Below the pieces are notes generated by a model. The model did no database searches. It was not told the origin of the DNA and saw only the letters and a program-made list of their open reading frames with translations. A program made the translations under genes and the position numbers. From Clostridiales bacterium (lineage in GTDB: Bacteria > Bacillota > Clostridia > Lachnospirales > Lachnospiraceae), in assembly GCA_029010495.1 (NCBI GenBank), contig JAQXKO010000012.1, positions 9,067 through 73,066 of the forward strand: a stretch of 64,000 nt of DNA. The letters run 5' to 3'. Below are positions 17,494-27,532 of this stretch, in pieces. How positions within the stretch are numbered: position 1 is the stretch's first letter; each line of letters begins with the position of its first letter.

Positions 17494-17882
17494 TAAAGAT
17501 AGCTTTATTCGGCGTAATAACTGTGGCAGTTTCGCTTTATTTCAGCAGGACAAACAGGGAATATCAGATGCTTCTCAGTCTTGTCGCAGGTCTGCTTATA
17601 CTTTATGCTTCACTTCGCTTTTTAAAAGAGGGACTTGAAACGGTTAACAGACTGTTTGAGGCAACAGGGGTCAACAGCAGCTACCTGAAGCTGATACTGA
17701 AATGTATAGGCATATCATATGTAGGCGACTTTGCTTCAAGCCTGTGCAGGGATGCGGGGAACCAGGCAGTGGGAGAACAGATAGAGATGGCGGCGAGACT
17801 GTTAATATTTGCACTGGGGATACCGCTTATGCAGGAGGTACTGACACTGCTGGGCATAGTTATGGAGGGACAGGCAGGTTGA
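17490..17882 (+). CDS. spoIIIAD: Stage III sporulation protein AD
   Basis: 130-aa multi-TM protein. Its position and size fit SpoIIIAD. Confidence 0.75.
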   Translation: MIKIALFGVITVAVSLYFSRTNREYQMLLSLVAGLLILYASLRFLKEGLETVNRLFEATGVNSSYLKLILKCIGISYVGDFASSLCRDAGNQAVGEQIEMAARLLIFALGIPLMQEVLTLLGIVMEGQAG

Positions 17883-18988
17883 GATTAAGAATATTGCCGC
17901 TTATTATTATTTTATTATTATTTGTTCCCGGACAGGCTGTGGCGGATACTGTAAGTGATTTGAACGATGCAATAAATTATGATGAAATTGATGAGTATAT
18001 GATGGAGCATACGGGCAACAGCTTCGCCGTTTACATTGAGGATGTGCTTACCGGCAGGAAGGAGTTCGGGACTCTTGAGCTTTTCAAAAACCTTCTTAAG
18101 AGCTGCTATGATAATGTTTTTAAGGATGTTGATATATATTCCGGAATATATGTTCTTGTGGCATCCGCATGTCTGTTTATGCCTATGGCCTTTGCCTGTA
18201 AGTCGGTTCAGGTAAGAGATTTAACCGTCAATGTTTCATATCTGTTGTCGGTAAGTGTATTGTGCGGATTTTACATATCGGTCATGTCAATGGTTCAGTC
18301 CGTTTTAGCCACGCTCGTTGAGTTTATGACGCTTTTTATACCGGCATATCTGATGGGCATAACATTTTGCACGGGGAGCGGCAGTGCCACTGCAATTTAC
18401 GGCGTTCTGCTTTTCGCAATCAATATTTCGCAAAAAATAATACTTGCAGTATTTGTTCCTCTCGTAAATACATATCAGTGTATCGCTATTTCAAATCATT
18501 TTTCAAAAAGATTAATGTTTTCGAAGCTTAGCGACCTTATATACAGCTTTATTATGTGGGGAAACAGGATGAGTTTGGGGATAATTATCGGACTTAGTGC
18601 CATACAGAGCATAGTAAGTCCGGGAGTAGACAGGCTGAGGCGGAGTACCGTCGGCGAGATATTTAATGTGGTTCCGGTATTTGGAAATGCGTTCTCCGGT
18701 GTGAGCGGCACTCTGCTGGGAGCATCAGTTGTTTTGAAAAACATAATAGGGGTTGCAGGGATAACAGCCATTCTGGTGTTAGTAACTGTCCCTCTTTTTA
18801 AAATAGGCTTTATCTACTGCGTCTTAAGACTTACCGGTGCACTTATTCAGCCCGTGGCAGGCGATAAACTGTCTTCATTAATTACCGATGTGTCCAAGGG
18901 AATATATCTGCTGCTGCGTATTGCAATAAATACAGGGCTTTTATTTGTATTAAGCTTATTAATAATAGCATTGGGGACAGGTCTATGA
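17879..18988 (+). CDS. spoIIIAE: Stage III sporulation protein AE
   Basis: Start placed at TTG 17879 (TTGA overlap with the spoIIIAD stop). This gives the signal peptide LRLRILPLIIILLLFVPGQAVA, followed by a polytopic membrane domain. Confidence 0.8.
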   Translation: MRLRILPLIIILLLFVPGQAVADTVSDLNDAINYDEIDEYMMEHTGNSFAVYIEDVLTGRKEFGTLELFKNLLKSCYDNVFKDVDIYSGIYVLVASACLFMPMAFACKSVQVRDLTVNVSYLLSVSVLCGFYISVMSMVQSVLATLVEFMTLFIPAYLMGITFCTGSGSATAIYGVLLFAINISQKIILAVFVPLVNTYQCIAISNHFSKRLMFSKLSDLIYSFIMWGNRMSLGIIIGLSAIQSIVSPGVDRLRRSTVGEIFNVVPVFGNAFSGVSGTLLGASVVLKNIIGVAGITAILVLVTVPLFKIGFIYCVLRLTGALIQPVAGDKLSSLITDVSKGIYLLLRIAINTGLLFVLSLLIIALGTGL

Positions 18989-19479
18989 TTGAAAAGATAT
19001 CTGAAATGGTTAAGAATCTTACTATGATTATAATAATTATTTCGTCTCTTATTAATCTTATTTCGGGGCGTGAATATGAAAAGTATGTCAGATATATTGT
19101 AGGTATGCTTATTGCAATTTATATTCTTAACGGTTTTATGTCAGTTATAAAATCCGAAGGGCTGAATGAGGAATTTTCAATATCTGATAAATATTATGAC
19201 AAATGTATTAAGGATGCGGATGAAATCTTCTCAAAAACTTATGAAGAAACACTGTCAAAAGAAATTACACGGGAAATTGGTAACGGTTTGAAAAATGCGG
19301 GCTACAGCGTGTCATCACTTAGCTGCTATTATCAGGAGGGGGAGGGATATTTTTTGAAATTTACGGCATCCTCACAGGAAAACGTTAATGTTATAAAAAA
19401 TTACATAAGAGACTTCTATCAGTTTGATGTGACGCATATATATGGATATACGGAAGATAAAAGGGGAGGGGTAAAGTGA
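18985..19479 (+). CDS. spoIIIAF: Stage III sporulation protein AF
   Basis: ATGA overlap with spoIIIAE. Two N-terminal TM segments plus a soluble domain. Assignment rests on operon position. Confidence 0.65.
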   Translation: MIEKISEMVKNLTMIIIIISSLINLISGREYEKYVRYIVGMLIAIYILNGFMSVIKSEGLNEEFSISDKYYDKCIKDADEIFSKTYEETLSKEITREIGNGLKNAGYSVSSLSCYYQEGEGYFLKFTASSQENVNVIKNYIRDFYQFDVTHIYGYTEDKRGGVK

Positions 19480-19895
19480 TGAAGATAAAGGAAAGCTTCG
19501 ACAGGTTAACTTCAAATCTCAGCCCCGGAATAATACTAATGCTTTTTGTTGGGATACTTCTGTTGATTTTATCAAACAGTCTTGATAACAAGGCTTCGAA
19601 AAGCAGGGTGAACGATTCGGGCACGGGCATACGGAGTCTGACCGGCAAAGAGGATAATAATTCATGGGACAGAAGCGGTGAAAATGCAACTGAGGAAAGA
19701 TTCAGAATACTTCTTGAAAGCATTGAGGGCATCGGAGAATGTCAGGTCATGCTTTCAAAGGATATGACAGGTGTCTGTATTGTGTGCGAGGGTGCAGACA
19801 ACAGTGAGACTGCAAAGGAAATCAGAAATATAAGTATGGCACTTTTTGACATACCCGCACATAAAGTTATGATTGTAAAATTAAAAGGAGTATAA
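19476..19895 (+). CDS. spoIIIAG: Stage III sporulation protein AG (unusually short)
   Basis: One TM segment. The C-terminus IEGIGECQVML..TGVCIVCEGADNSETAKEIRNISMALFDIPAHKVMIVKLK matches the SpoIIIAG ring-building-motif signature. Start is GTG 19476 or ATG 19479. Confidence 0.7.
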   Translation: MMKIKESFDRLTSNLSPGIILMLFVGILLLILSNSLDNKASKSRVNDSGTGIRSLTGKEDNNSWDRSGENATEERFRILLESIEGIGECQVMLSKDMTGVCIVCEGADNSETAKEIRNISMALFDIPAHKVMIVKLKGV

Positions 19896-19896
19896 A

Positions 19897-20586
19897 ATGT
19901 CGGAAAAATTTAAGTTTATGAAAAAGGTTGTAAAGAAAAACCAGGTCATTATTGCAGCTCTCGCAGTAATGATTATTATCGCAGGTTATCTTAATCTGAC
20001 CGGAATGAACGACAAAAAGTCGGCTGAAAATGGTAAAACCATTACCGATACGTCGGGTAAAAACGAAAAAAACAATGATAAGACAAACAAAACCTCGTCG
20101 GACGGCTACGATATTACCGATGGTGATATAGTGCCGCCCGAAACAGGCGAGGATGAAAAGGTTTCGTCAAACGACCTGGATGTTACCGATAATAAAGTCG
20201 GAGATACCATTATGGCTGAAAATTTTACAAACGGACACTTTATGGGAAATTCAAAGCTCGACCGCGAGCAGGTAAGGGCAGCCAACAAGGAGACACTCCA
20301 GAACATCGTATCCGATAAATCCCTGACTGATGAAGCCAAGAAGAGCGCAGTTGATAATCTTGTCAGTCTTACAAAGGAAGCAGGAATAGAGGATGAGCTT
20401 GAAACACTTTTAGAGGCAAAGGGTTATGAGACTGTGTGCTATTACGGAGAAAAGGGAATCGATGTGGTGGTTAATAAATCCAGTCTCAGCCAGACAGATG
20501 TGGCAAAAATCGAGGATGTTGTCACCAGAAAGACCGATATAGGAGTTAAAGACATAGTTATTACAAATGTATGTGTAAAAGACTGA
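19897..20586 (+). CDS. spoIIIAH: Stage III sporulation protein AH
   Basis: N-terminal TM segment, a low-complexity linker, and a C-terminal SpoIIIAH/YscJ-like domain (LDREQVRAANKETLQNIV...LLEAKGYETVCYYGEKGIDVVV). Confidence 0.75.
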   Translation: MSEKFKFMKKVVKKNQVIIAALAVMIIIAGYLNLTGMNDKKSAENGKTITDTSGKNEKNNDKTNKTSSDGYDITDGDIVPPETGEDEKVSSNDLDVTDNKVGDTIMAENFTNGHFMGNSKLDREQVRAANKETLQNIVSDKSLTDEAKKSAVDNLVSLTKEAGIEDELETLLEAKGYETVCYYGEKGIDVVVNKSSLSQTDVAKIEDVVTRKTDIGVKDIVITNVCVKD

Positions 20587-20607
20587 TATAAGTATTTTAA
20601 AAACCTC

Positions 20608-20636
20608 TTGGAAAATGGATTAAATTCTGTTATAAT
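20608..20636 (+). promoter_or_regulatory. sigmaA promoter with extended -10 upstream of asp23-nusB
   Basis: TTGGAA - 17 nt - TATAAT, preceded by TGt. Confidence 0.55.
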
Positions 20637-20685
20637 GTATAAAAATATGCTTAATAGTGTATAAGTATGCTTGGAGGAAAGTACA

Positions 20686-21075
20686 ATGGGCGAAAAAATC
20701 GAAACAAATTATACTGCAGCCATAGATGTAGAAAATCCTTGCGGCAATGTCATTATTGCCGATGATGTGATTGCTTCAATAGCAGGCGTTGCCGCAACAG
20801 AGGTTGAAGGTGTTGCATCAATGAGTGGAAATATAACAAATGAAATAGTCGGTAAGCTTGGAGTTAAGAATCTTTCAAAGGGTGTGGGCGTAGAACTGAC
20901 AGATGAGGATGTTGTAAGCGTAAAGCTTACTCTTAATCTCAGATACGGCTACAGTATACCTAAAACATCACTTGAAGTTCAGGAAAAGGTTAAGGCCCAG
21001 GTGGAAAACATGACAGGTCTTAAGGTTTCATGTGTCGACATCAAAATTGCCGGAATCGAACTTGATAAGGAATAA
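20686..21075 (+). CDS. Asp23/Gls24-family envelope stress (alkaline shock) protein
   Basis: ATG 20686 after GGAGGAAAG. Asp23-like sequence (VIIADDVIASIAGVAATEVEGVASM). Confidence 0.85.
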   Translation: MGEKIETNYTAAIDVENPCGNVIIADDVIASIAGVAATEVEGVASMSGNITNEIVGKLGVKNLSKGVGVELTDEDVVSVKLTLNLRYGYSIPKTSLEVQEKVKAQVENMTGLKVSCVDIKIAGIELDKE

Positions 21076-21086
21076 TAAGGAGTACT

Positions 21087-21503
21087 ATGAAACAAAGTGA
21101 TAAGAGAAGACATGTTCTGATGCTTCTTTATCTGTCTGAGTTTTATGACAGGGCAGATATGGATGAGCAGCTTGGTCTTTATAATGAAATGTGGATAAAT
21201 GATGAGGAGTCATTTGGACAGATCACAGAAAAGTACAAAAGCATCATGGAAAAGGTTGGCGTGATTGATCCTATGATTGCAGCCGTAAGCACAGGCTGGA
21301 AGCTTGAACGCATGGGAAAGCTTGACCTTAATATTATGCGAATGGCAGTTTACGAGATGTTCTATGATGATACTGTTCCGGCTGCGGTTGCAATTTCAGA
21401 GGCTGTAATTCTCGCCAAGGATTATGGCGGTGATGACAGCTCCCAGACATTTATCAACGGTATTCTCGGAAAGCTGGAAAGAAACAGAGTTAGTAATGAG
21501 TAA
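21087..21503 (+). CDS. nusB: Transcription antitermination factor NusB
   Basis: 138 aa. NusB-like sequence, in its conserved position upstream of xseA. Confidence 0.85.
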   Translation: MKQSDKRRHVLMLLYLSEFYDRADMDEQLGLYNEMWINDEESFGQITEKYKSIMEKVGVIDPMIAAVSTGWKLERMGKLDLNIMRMAVYEMFYDDTVPAAVAISEAVILAKDYGGDDSSQTFINGILGKLERNRVSNE

Positions 21504-22782
21504 TGTTTATTCGGTTTCACAAATAAATGCTTATATTAAAAATATGTTTGTCCGGGATGGCGTTTTATCGCATATTTGTATAAAGGGAGAGGTCTCTAAC
21601 TGCAAATATCACAGTTCCGGACATATTTATTTTTCCATAAAGGATGTCAATGCACAGATTAACTGTGTCATGTTTTTACGGGACCGTCAGTCAGGTCTGT
21701 CTTTTAAGCTTGAAAACGGACAGAGTATTATTGCATGCGGCCGCATCAGCTTCTATGAGAGGGACGGTGCAGTTAATATGTATGTTACGGAAATTACATC
21801 TGACGGTTACGGCAGACTTTATGAGCAGTATGAAAAATTAAAAAAACAGCTTCTTGATGAAGGGCTGTTTGACAGGTCTCATAAAAAGACTATTCCGCCA
21901 TATATAAAAAAGCTTGGCATTGTAACTGCCTCAACAGGAGCAGCCTTAAGAGATATATTAAATATCACAAAGAGACGTAATCCTTATGTGCAGCCCGTAT
22001 TGTATCCTGCAAAGGTTCAGGGAGACGGCGCCGCACAGAGCATTGTTAAGGCAATAAGGGCTCTTGATGATTACGGCGTTGACGTGATAATTGTCGGGCG
22101 CGGCGGCGGTTCGATAGAGGATTTGTGGGCTTTTAACGAGGAGATTGTCGCCAGATGTGTATATGAATGCAGAACTCCCGTTGTGTCTGCAGTAGGTCAT
22201 GAAACAGATACGACAATTATTGATTATGTATCGGACCTGCGTGCTCCGACACCGAGTGCTGCGGCAGAGCTGTGTGTATATGAATACAGTTTGTTTCAAA
22301 GTGCAATGGTAGATATGCATGCTGATCTTGTTCATTATATGATAAATAAAATTAATCTTTACCGTGAAAGGGTCGATGCATTTTCAAAGGCTGTTAATTT
22401 CAACAGTCCTTCTTCAAGGCTTTCGCAGCACAGACAGTTTATTGACGATATATCGGAGCGTATGAGCCTGGCCGTAAGGAGAAATGCAGCAATATATAAT
22501 GCAAGGCTTGATGATTATACGGAAAGAATTAAAAAGGAATTTTACCATAAGCTTGATTCATCAAAAAGACAGCTGGAAATGCTTTCCGAGATAATCGGCA
22601 GAAATTCGCCGCTTAACAGGCTTTCCGGCGGCTACGGTTATGTCAGCAGTGATAACAGACCGGTAAACAGCATTAATGATGTATCTGCAGGGGACAGACT
22701 GGATATCATATTAAAGGACGGTAAAGTTAATTGTCGCGTTGAAGACACTGTTGAAGACACATTTATTAAGAATTACACATAA
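21496..22782 (+). CDS. xseA: Exodeoxyribonuclease VII large subunit
   Basis: Start at MSNVYSVSQINAYIKNMF, overlapping the nusB stop. OB-fold N-terminus and VIIVGRGGGSIEDLWAFNEE. Confidence 0.9.
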   Translation: MSNVYSVSQINAYIKNMFVRDGVLSHICIKGEVSNCKYHSSGHIYFSIKDVNAQINCVMFLRDRQSGLSFKLENGQSIIACGRISFYERDGAVNMYVTEITSDGYGRLYEQYEKLKKQLLDEGLFDRSHKKTIPPYIKKLGIVTASTGAALRDILNITKRRNPYVQPVLYPAKVQGDGAAQSIVKAIRALDDYGVDVIIVGRGGGSIEDLWAFNEEIVARCVYECRTPVVSAVGHETDTTIIDYVSDLRAPTPSAAAELCVYEYSLFQSAMVDMHADLVHYMINKINLYRERVDAFSKAVNFNSPSSRLSQHRQFIDDISERMSLAVRRNAAIYNARLDDYTERIKKEFYHKLDSSKRQLEMLSEIIGRNSPLNRLSGGYGYVSSDNRPVNSINDVSAGDRLDIILKDGKVNCRVEDTVEDTFIKNYT

Positions 22783-22834
22783 ATCGTGCTGTCTGAGGAT
22801 AACCCTGCGGCCGGTTTTGTAAAGGGAGTATTTT

Positions 22835-23029
22835 ATGGATAAGAACAATATGTTGGAAGAAAAAATGTCAGAGCTTTCAGACATAATTAAGCAGATGGAA
22901 AATCCTGATGTGACTCTGTCAGATTCATTTGAATTATATAAAAAAGGCGTGCTTTGCATAAACGAATGTACGGGAATGATTGACAATATTGAGAAAGAGT
23001 TAATTATTCTTGAAGAAGGAAGAGACTAA
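22835..23029 (+). CDS. xseB: Exodeoxyribonuclease VII small subunit
   Basis: 64-aa helical protein immediately after xseA. Confidence 0.85.
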   Translation: MDKNNMLEEKMSELSDIIKQMENPDVTLSDSFELYKKGVLCINECTGMIDNIEKELIILEEGRD

Positions 23030-23031
23030 TC

Positions 23032-23955
23032 ATGGAAAACATTGACTTTAAGGAAAAGCTGGAAAAATATACAAAAGAGATTACAGACACCGTTCTGTCC
23101 TTCATGCCTCAGTGTAATGACCTGCACAGCCTTCTTTATGAAGCAATGGAATACAGTGTATCTAACGGAGGCAAGCGCTTAAGACCTCTTATGATAAGGG
23201 AAAGCTATAAGGCATTCGGCGGAAGCGATGATAAGCTTTGCTATGTAAATCCATTTATGGCTGCAATGGAATACATTCATTCATATTCTCTTGTACATGA
23301 TGACCTGCCTGACATGGACAATGACATGTACAGAAGAGGGAAGCTGACCACTCATGCAAAATATGGTGCCGATGTGGCAATTCTTGCCGGAGACGGTCTG
23401 CTTAATCTTGCTGCGGAAACTGCATCAAAGGCAATGGTGCTTGCCGCACGCAATAACGATTGCGAGATGATGGCACGCACCATAAGTGCATTTGACGTAC
23501 TTATGAAAAAGGCCGGCGCCGATGGTATGATCGGCGGTCAGATTGTTGATGTTGTCAATACCGGTAAGACAGTGGATGAGAAGATGCTTGGCTTTATTTA
23601 CAGGTTAAAAACCGGTGCTCTTCTTGAGGCTTCTCTTATGATAGGAACCATTCTGGCAGGAGCGGATGACGAAACAGTCAGACTTATGGAGCATATAGGA
23701 ACAATGACGGGTCTTGCATTTCAGATTAAGGATGATATCTTGGATGAGACGGGTACAAAGGAAATTCTCGGCAAGGATATTCATTCTGATGCAGACAATG
23801 ACAAGGTAACATATGTTACGTTACATGGCATAGAAGAATCTGAAAAGGAAGTTGCCAGACTGACAAATGATACTATTCCTGTATTTGACAGGCTCGGAAT
23901 AGCGGATACATTTTTAAAAGAGCTGGTAATGAGCCTGATTTACAGAAACAGATAA
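23032..23955 (+). CDS. ispA: Polyprenyl (farnesyl/geranylgeranyl) diphosphate synthase
   Basis: Asp-rich motifs LVHDDLPDMDND and FQIKDDILD. Confidence 0.85.
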   Translation: MENIDFKEKLEKYTKEITDTVLSFMPQCNDLHSLLYEAMEYSVSNGGKRLRPLMIRESYKAFGGSDDKLCYVNPFMAAMEYIHSYSLVHDDLPDMDNDMYRRGKLTTHAKYGADVAILAGDGLLNLAAETASKAMVLAARNNDCEMMARTISAFDVLMKKAGADGMIGGQIVDVVNTGKTVDEKMLGFIYRLKTGALLEASLMIGTILAGADDETVRLMEHIGTMTGLAFQIKDDILDETGTKEILGKDIHSDADNDKVTYVTLHGIEESEKEVARLTNDTIPVFDRLGIADTFLKELVMSLIYRNR

Positions 23956-23967
23956 TTGGAGGCAGAT

Positions 23968-25842
23968 ATGGGTATTTATCTAGATAAGATAAAAGAACCT
24001 AATGATATAAAGAAGATTCCGAAGGAAAATTATCCGGAGCTTTGCAGTGAAATAAGACAGTTTCTCATAAAAAACGTGTCGGAGACAGGAGGACATCTCG
24101 CCAGTAATCTCGGCGCTGTTGAGCTTACGGTTGCTCTTCATGCATGTCTTAATTTTCCGGAGGACAAGCTGATATGGGATGTAGGGCACCAGTCCTATGT
24201 TCATAAAATATTAACGGGGCGTAAAGAGCAGATGGGTACACTTCGTACTCACGGCGGATTAAGCGGCTTCCCTAAAGAAGAAGAGAGCGACTGCGATGCA
24301 TTTAATACAGGCCACAGTACTACGAGTATATCCGTGGCTGCGGGCTATGCAAAGGGGCGTGATATACTGGGTAAGGATTACAGGGTTGTTGCCGTAATAG
24401 GAGACGGTTCATTTTCGGGCGGTATGGCTTATGAGGCAATCAATAATCTCGCACCGTCAAAGACGAACTGTATCGTTATATTAAATGATAACGAAATGTC
24501 CATCTCAAAGAATGTCGGAGGTATGGCAAGCTATCTTGAGAACATAAGGACAAGCAGTAAATATATTGATTTTAAGGGCGATGTCGAAAGTGTTCTCAGT
24601 AAAACCAGGGTAGGCTCTAAATTTGCGGATACTCTCAAAAAGACAAAAAATGCGGTACGTGACCTCATAACTCCGGGAGAATTTTTTAAGGATATGGGTC
24701 TTGGATATTTCGGACCGATTGACGGTCATAACATACATGATCTGTGTCAGGCTATTGAAGCTGCAAAGACATACAGAGGCTGTGTGGTTGTGCATGTAAT
24801 AACTAAAAAGGGCAAGGGCTACTGCTTTGCGGAGAAAAATCCGAGTAAATTCCATGGCGTTGAGCCATTCTGCAGAAAAACGGGTGAGCTTCGTTCCCAA
24901 TCATCAGGTGAGAGCTATACCCAGGTGTTCGGAAAACATATCGTTGAGCTGGCAAAGAGTAATGACAGAATAGTTGCAATTACCGCGGCCATGAAATCCG
25001 GTACCGGACTTAGCGATTTTTCAAAGGAATTTCCCGACAGATTTTTTGATGTTGGGATAGCTGAAGAGCATGCAGTTACTTTTGCGGGAGGGCTTGCTGC
25101 GGCTGGTCTTGTACCGTTTGTATGTATATATTCCACATTTCTGCAGCGTTCATACGACCAGATAATTCATGACGTATGCCTTACAGGCAAGAAGGTTGTA
25201 TTTATGATCGACCGTGCCGGCATAGTCGGTAACGACGGAACAACCCATCAGGGTGTATACGATATGGCGTTTTTATCAACTATTCCGGGACTGTATGTTA
25301 TTTCACCAAAGGACAGGGAGGAGCTTATAGCGGCAATGGATTTCGCATTAGGCTTTGACGGTCCTGTTGCCATACGTTATCCGAGAGGTACTGCATACTC
25401 CAGCGGCATCAGTTCGGAACCTGTAAAAGCGGGAAAGGCAGAGATTATTTCACTTCATAAGGAAGTGTGTGTGTTATCGGTTGGCTCCGTATTTAAGGAG
25501 ACTGCGGAGGCATGCATGAGATTGGAAAATGAAGATTATCATGTGAGCTTTATCAATGCCAGGTTTTCATCACCTCTAGATACTGAAATGATTGACAGAA
25601 TAATGCCTTATCACAAGGTTATTGTGACTGTTGAGGAGGGTGTAAAAAGTGGCGGATTTGGAGAACATGTAGGTGCATATCTGCTTGAAAACGGATATAA
25701 GGGAAGATTTATTAATATTTCACTTCCAAATGCTTACATTGAGCACGGAAGTCAGTCCGTACTCAGAGAAAAATACGGACTTACTGCCGATAAAATATAT
25801 GATACTATTCTTGAAAACATCAGGGATTTATCAGAAGATTAA
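23968..25842 (+). CDS. dxs: 1-deoxy-D-xylulose-5-phosphate synthase
   Basis: ATG 23968 after GGAGGCAG. GGHLASNLG and the GDG..GG TPP motif. 624 aa. Confidence 0.95.
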   Translation: MGIYLDKIKEPNDIKKIPKENYPELCSEIRQFLIKNVSETGGHLASNLGAVELTVALHACLNFPEDKLIWDVGHQSYVHKILTGRKEQMGTLRTHGGLSGFPKEEESDCDAFNTGHSTTSISVAAGYAKGRDILGKDYRVVAVIGDGSFSGGMAYEAINNLAPSKTNCIVILNDNEMSISKNVGGMASYLENIRTSSKYIDFKGDVESVLSKTRVGSKFADTLKKTKNAVRDLITPGEFFKDMGLGYFGPIDGHNIHDLCQAIEAAKTYRGCVVVHVITKKGKGYCFAEKNPSKFHGVEPFCRKTGELRSQSSGESYTQVFGKHIVELAKSNDRIVAITAAMKSGTGLSDFSKEFPDRFFDVGIAEEHAVTFAGGLAAAGLVPFVCIYSTFLQRSYDQIIHDVCLTGKKVVFMIDRAGIVGNDGTTHQGVYDMAFLSTIPGLYVISPKDREELIAAMDFALGFDGPVAIRYPRGTAYSSGISSEPVKAGKAEIISLHKEVCVLSVGSVFKETAEACMRLENEDYHVSFINARFSSPLDTEMIDRIMPYHKVIVTVEEGVKSGGFGEHVGAYLLENGYKGRFINISLPNAYIEHGSQSVLREKYGLTADKIYDTILENIRDLSED

Positions 25843-25858
25843 TGATTGCGAGGAACAT

Positions 25859-26674
25859 ATGAAGGAACGACTTGATGTTCTTATGGTAAAAAGAGGCCTT
25901 GTTGACTCAAGGGAAAAGGCAAAGGCTTATATAATGTCCGGCGACGTGTATGTGAACGGCAATAAGGAGGATAAGGCCGGAAGTATGTTTAAGGAGGATG
26001 CTGAGATAATTCTCAGGGCTCCTAAGCTGAAATATGTCAGCCGTGGCGGATTAAAGCTTGAAAAGGCTGTGGAGACCTTTGACCTTAAGCTTGACGGTCT
26101 TGTCTGCATGGATGTGGGCTCAAGCACGGGAGGCTTTACTGACTGCATGCTTCAGAATGGCGCGGCTAAGGTATATGCGGTGGATGTCGGAACAAACCAG
26201 CTTGCATGGAAGCTCCGTCAGGATGAACGTGTCGTTTCCATGGAGCAGACAAATATCAGACACGTAACTCCCGAGGATATAGAAGAGCCTGTTATGTTTG
26301 TATCGGTTGACGTGGCCTTTATCTCTCTTACAAAGGTTCTGCCTCCTGTTTATGAGCTTATGGCGGATAATGCCGAAATAGTCTGTCTAATAAAGCCCCA
26401 GTTTGAGGCGGGCAGGGACAAGGTAGGCAAGAAGGGTGTTGTGAGGGAAAAATCAGTCCATGAGGATGTTGTAAAGATGATACTCGGCTTTGTCGTTGTA
26501 AACGGATTCTGCCCGCTCGGACTTACATATTCACCGATAAAGGGGCCTGAGGGAAATATAGAATATCTTCTTTATATGAAAAAGGTTTCTAAGGACAATA
26601 TACCCGATAATGAGGATTATATTAAGATTGCTGAGGATATAGTTAACATGGCTCATGGTGAGCTGGATAAATAA
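25859..26674 (+). CDS. tlyA: TlyA-family rRNA 2'-O-methyltransferase (S4 + FtsJ domains)
   Basis: Start at MKERLDVLMVKRGLVDSREKAK. SAM motif MDVGSSTGGFTD. Confidence 0.85.
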   Translation: MKERLDVLMVKRGLVDSREKAKAYIMSGDVYVNGNKEDKAGSMFKEDAEIILRAPKLKYVSRGGLKLEKAVETFDLKLDGLVCMDVGSSTGGFTDCMLQNGAAKVYAVDVGTNQLAWKLRQDERVVSMEQTNIRHVTPEDIEEPVMFVSVDVAFISLTKVLPPVYELMADNAEIVCLIKPQFEAGRDKVGKKGVVREKSVHEDVVKMILGFVVVNGFCPLGLTYSPIKGPEGNIEYLLYMKKVSKDNIPDNEDYIKIAEDIVNMAHGELDK

Positions 26675-26690
26675 CTGCGGAGAAAATGTG

Positions 26691-27524
26691 ATGAAAAATT
26701 TTTGTGTGGTTGCAAATTACAGTAAGGATGGCATAAAAGAGCTTATAGATAATATACATTCGTATATTGTTTCAAAAGGCGGAAAGTGCTATGTTTGTGA
26801 GAAGAGTGTATCAAAGAATTCCTACACTAATCCGGCAGATATCCCGTCGGATACGGAATGTGTAATCGTAATCGGCGGAGACGGTACATTCCTTAAGGCG
26901 GCCAGGGATCTGGCTGTATTATCACTGCCCATGACAGGTATCAATATGGGTACACTCGGTTTTCTGACCATGACAGAGGCTGATGATGCACTGACAATGA
27001 TTGATAAGCTGTTTAATGAAGAATATTCAATTGACTTCAGGGTTCAGCTTGCAATCAATAAATTCGGATGCAGGCCGGATACTGCACTTAACGATGTGGT
27101 TATAAGCCGAGGAGGCTATTCTCATCTGGTCGGAATTACGGTATATGTAAACGGTAAGGTTTTCGGGCGATACGAGGGTGACGGACTTATTATTTCAACG
27201 CCGACAGGCTCAACAGGTTATAATCTCAGTACGGGAGGACCGATAGTAACACCGAATGTTGATGCAATACTCATTACACCTATTTGTCCTCATGCTTTTA
27301 ATGCGAGAAGTTTTGTGATTCCTGCAACGGATGAGGTAAGGGTTGTGATAGGCAATGTGAGACATGAAACCGAAGAAGAGGCATATGTGACTGTTGACGG
27401 TGAGGACTATGTAAAGCTTACAACCGGTCAGGAGATAATAATTTCAAAGGCGGAAACAAGATGTAAAATGGTTGTGCCTGACGGTGTTTCATTTATTGAT
27501 ACATTATATACAAAGCTGAGTTAG
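26691..27524 (+). CDS. nadK: NAD kinase
   Basis: GGDGT motif, the region DGLIISTPTGSTGYNLS, and size. Confidence 0.9.
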   Translation: MKNFCVVANYSKDGIKELIDNIHSYIVSKGGKCYVCEKSVSKNSYTNPADIPSDTECVIVIGGDGTFLKAARDLAVLSLPMTGINMGTLGFLTMTEADDALTMIDKLFNEEYSIDFRVQLAINKFGCRPDTALNDVVISRGGYSHLVGITVYVNGKVFGRYEGDGLIISTPTGSTGYNLSTGGPIVTPNVDAILITPICPHAFNARSFVIPATDEVRVVIGNVRHETEEEAYVTVDGEDYVKLTTGQEIIISKAETRCKMVVPDGVSFIDTLYTKLS

Positions 27525-27532
27525 GAGAGAGT

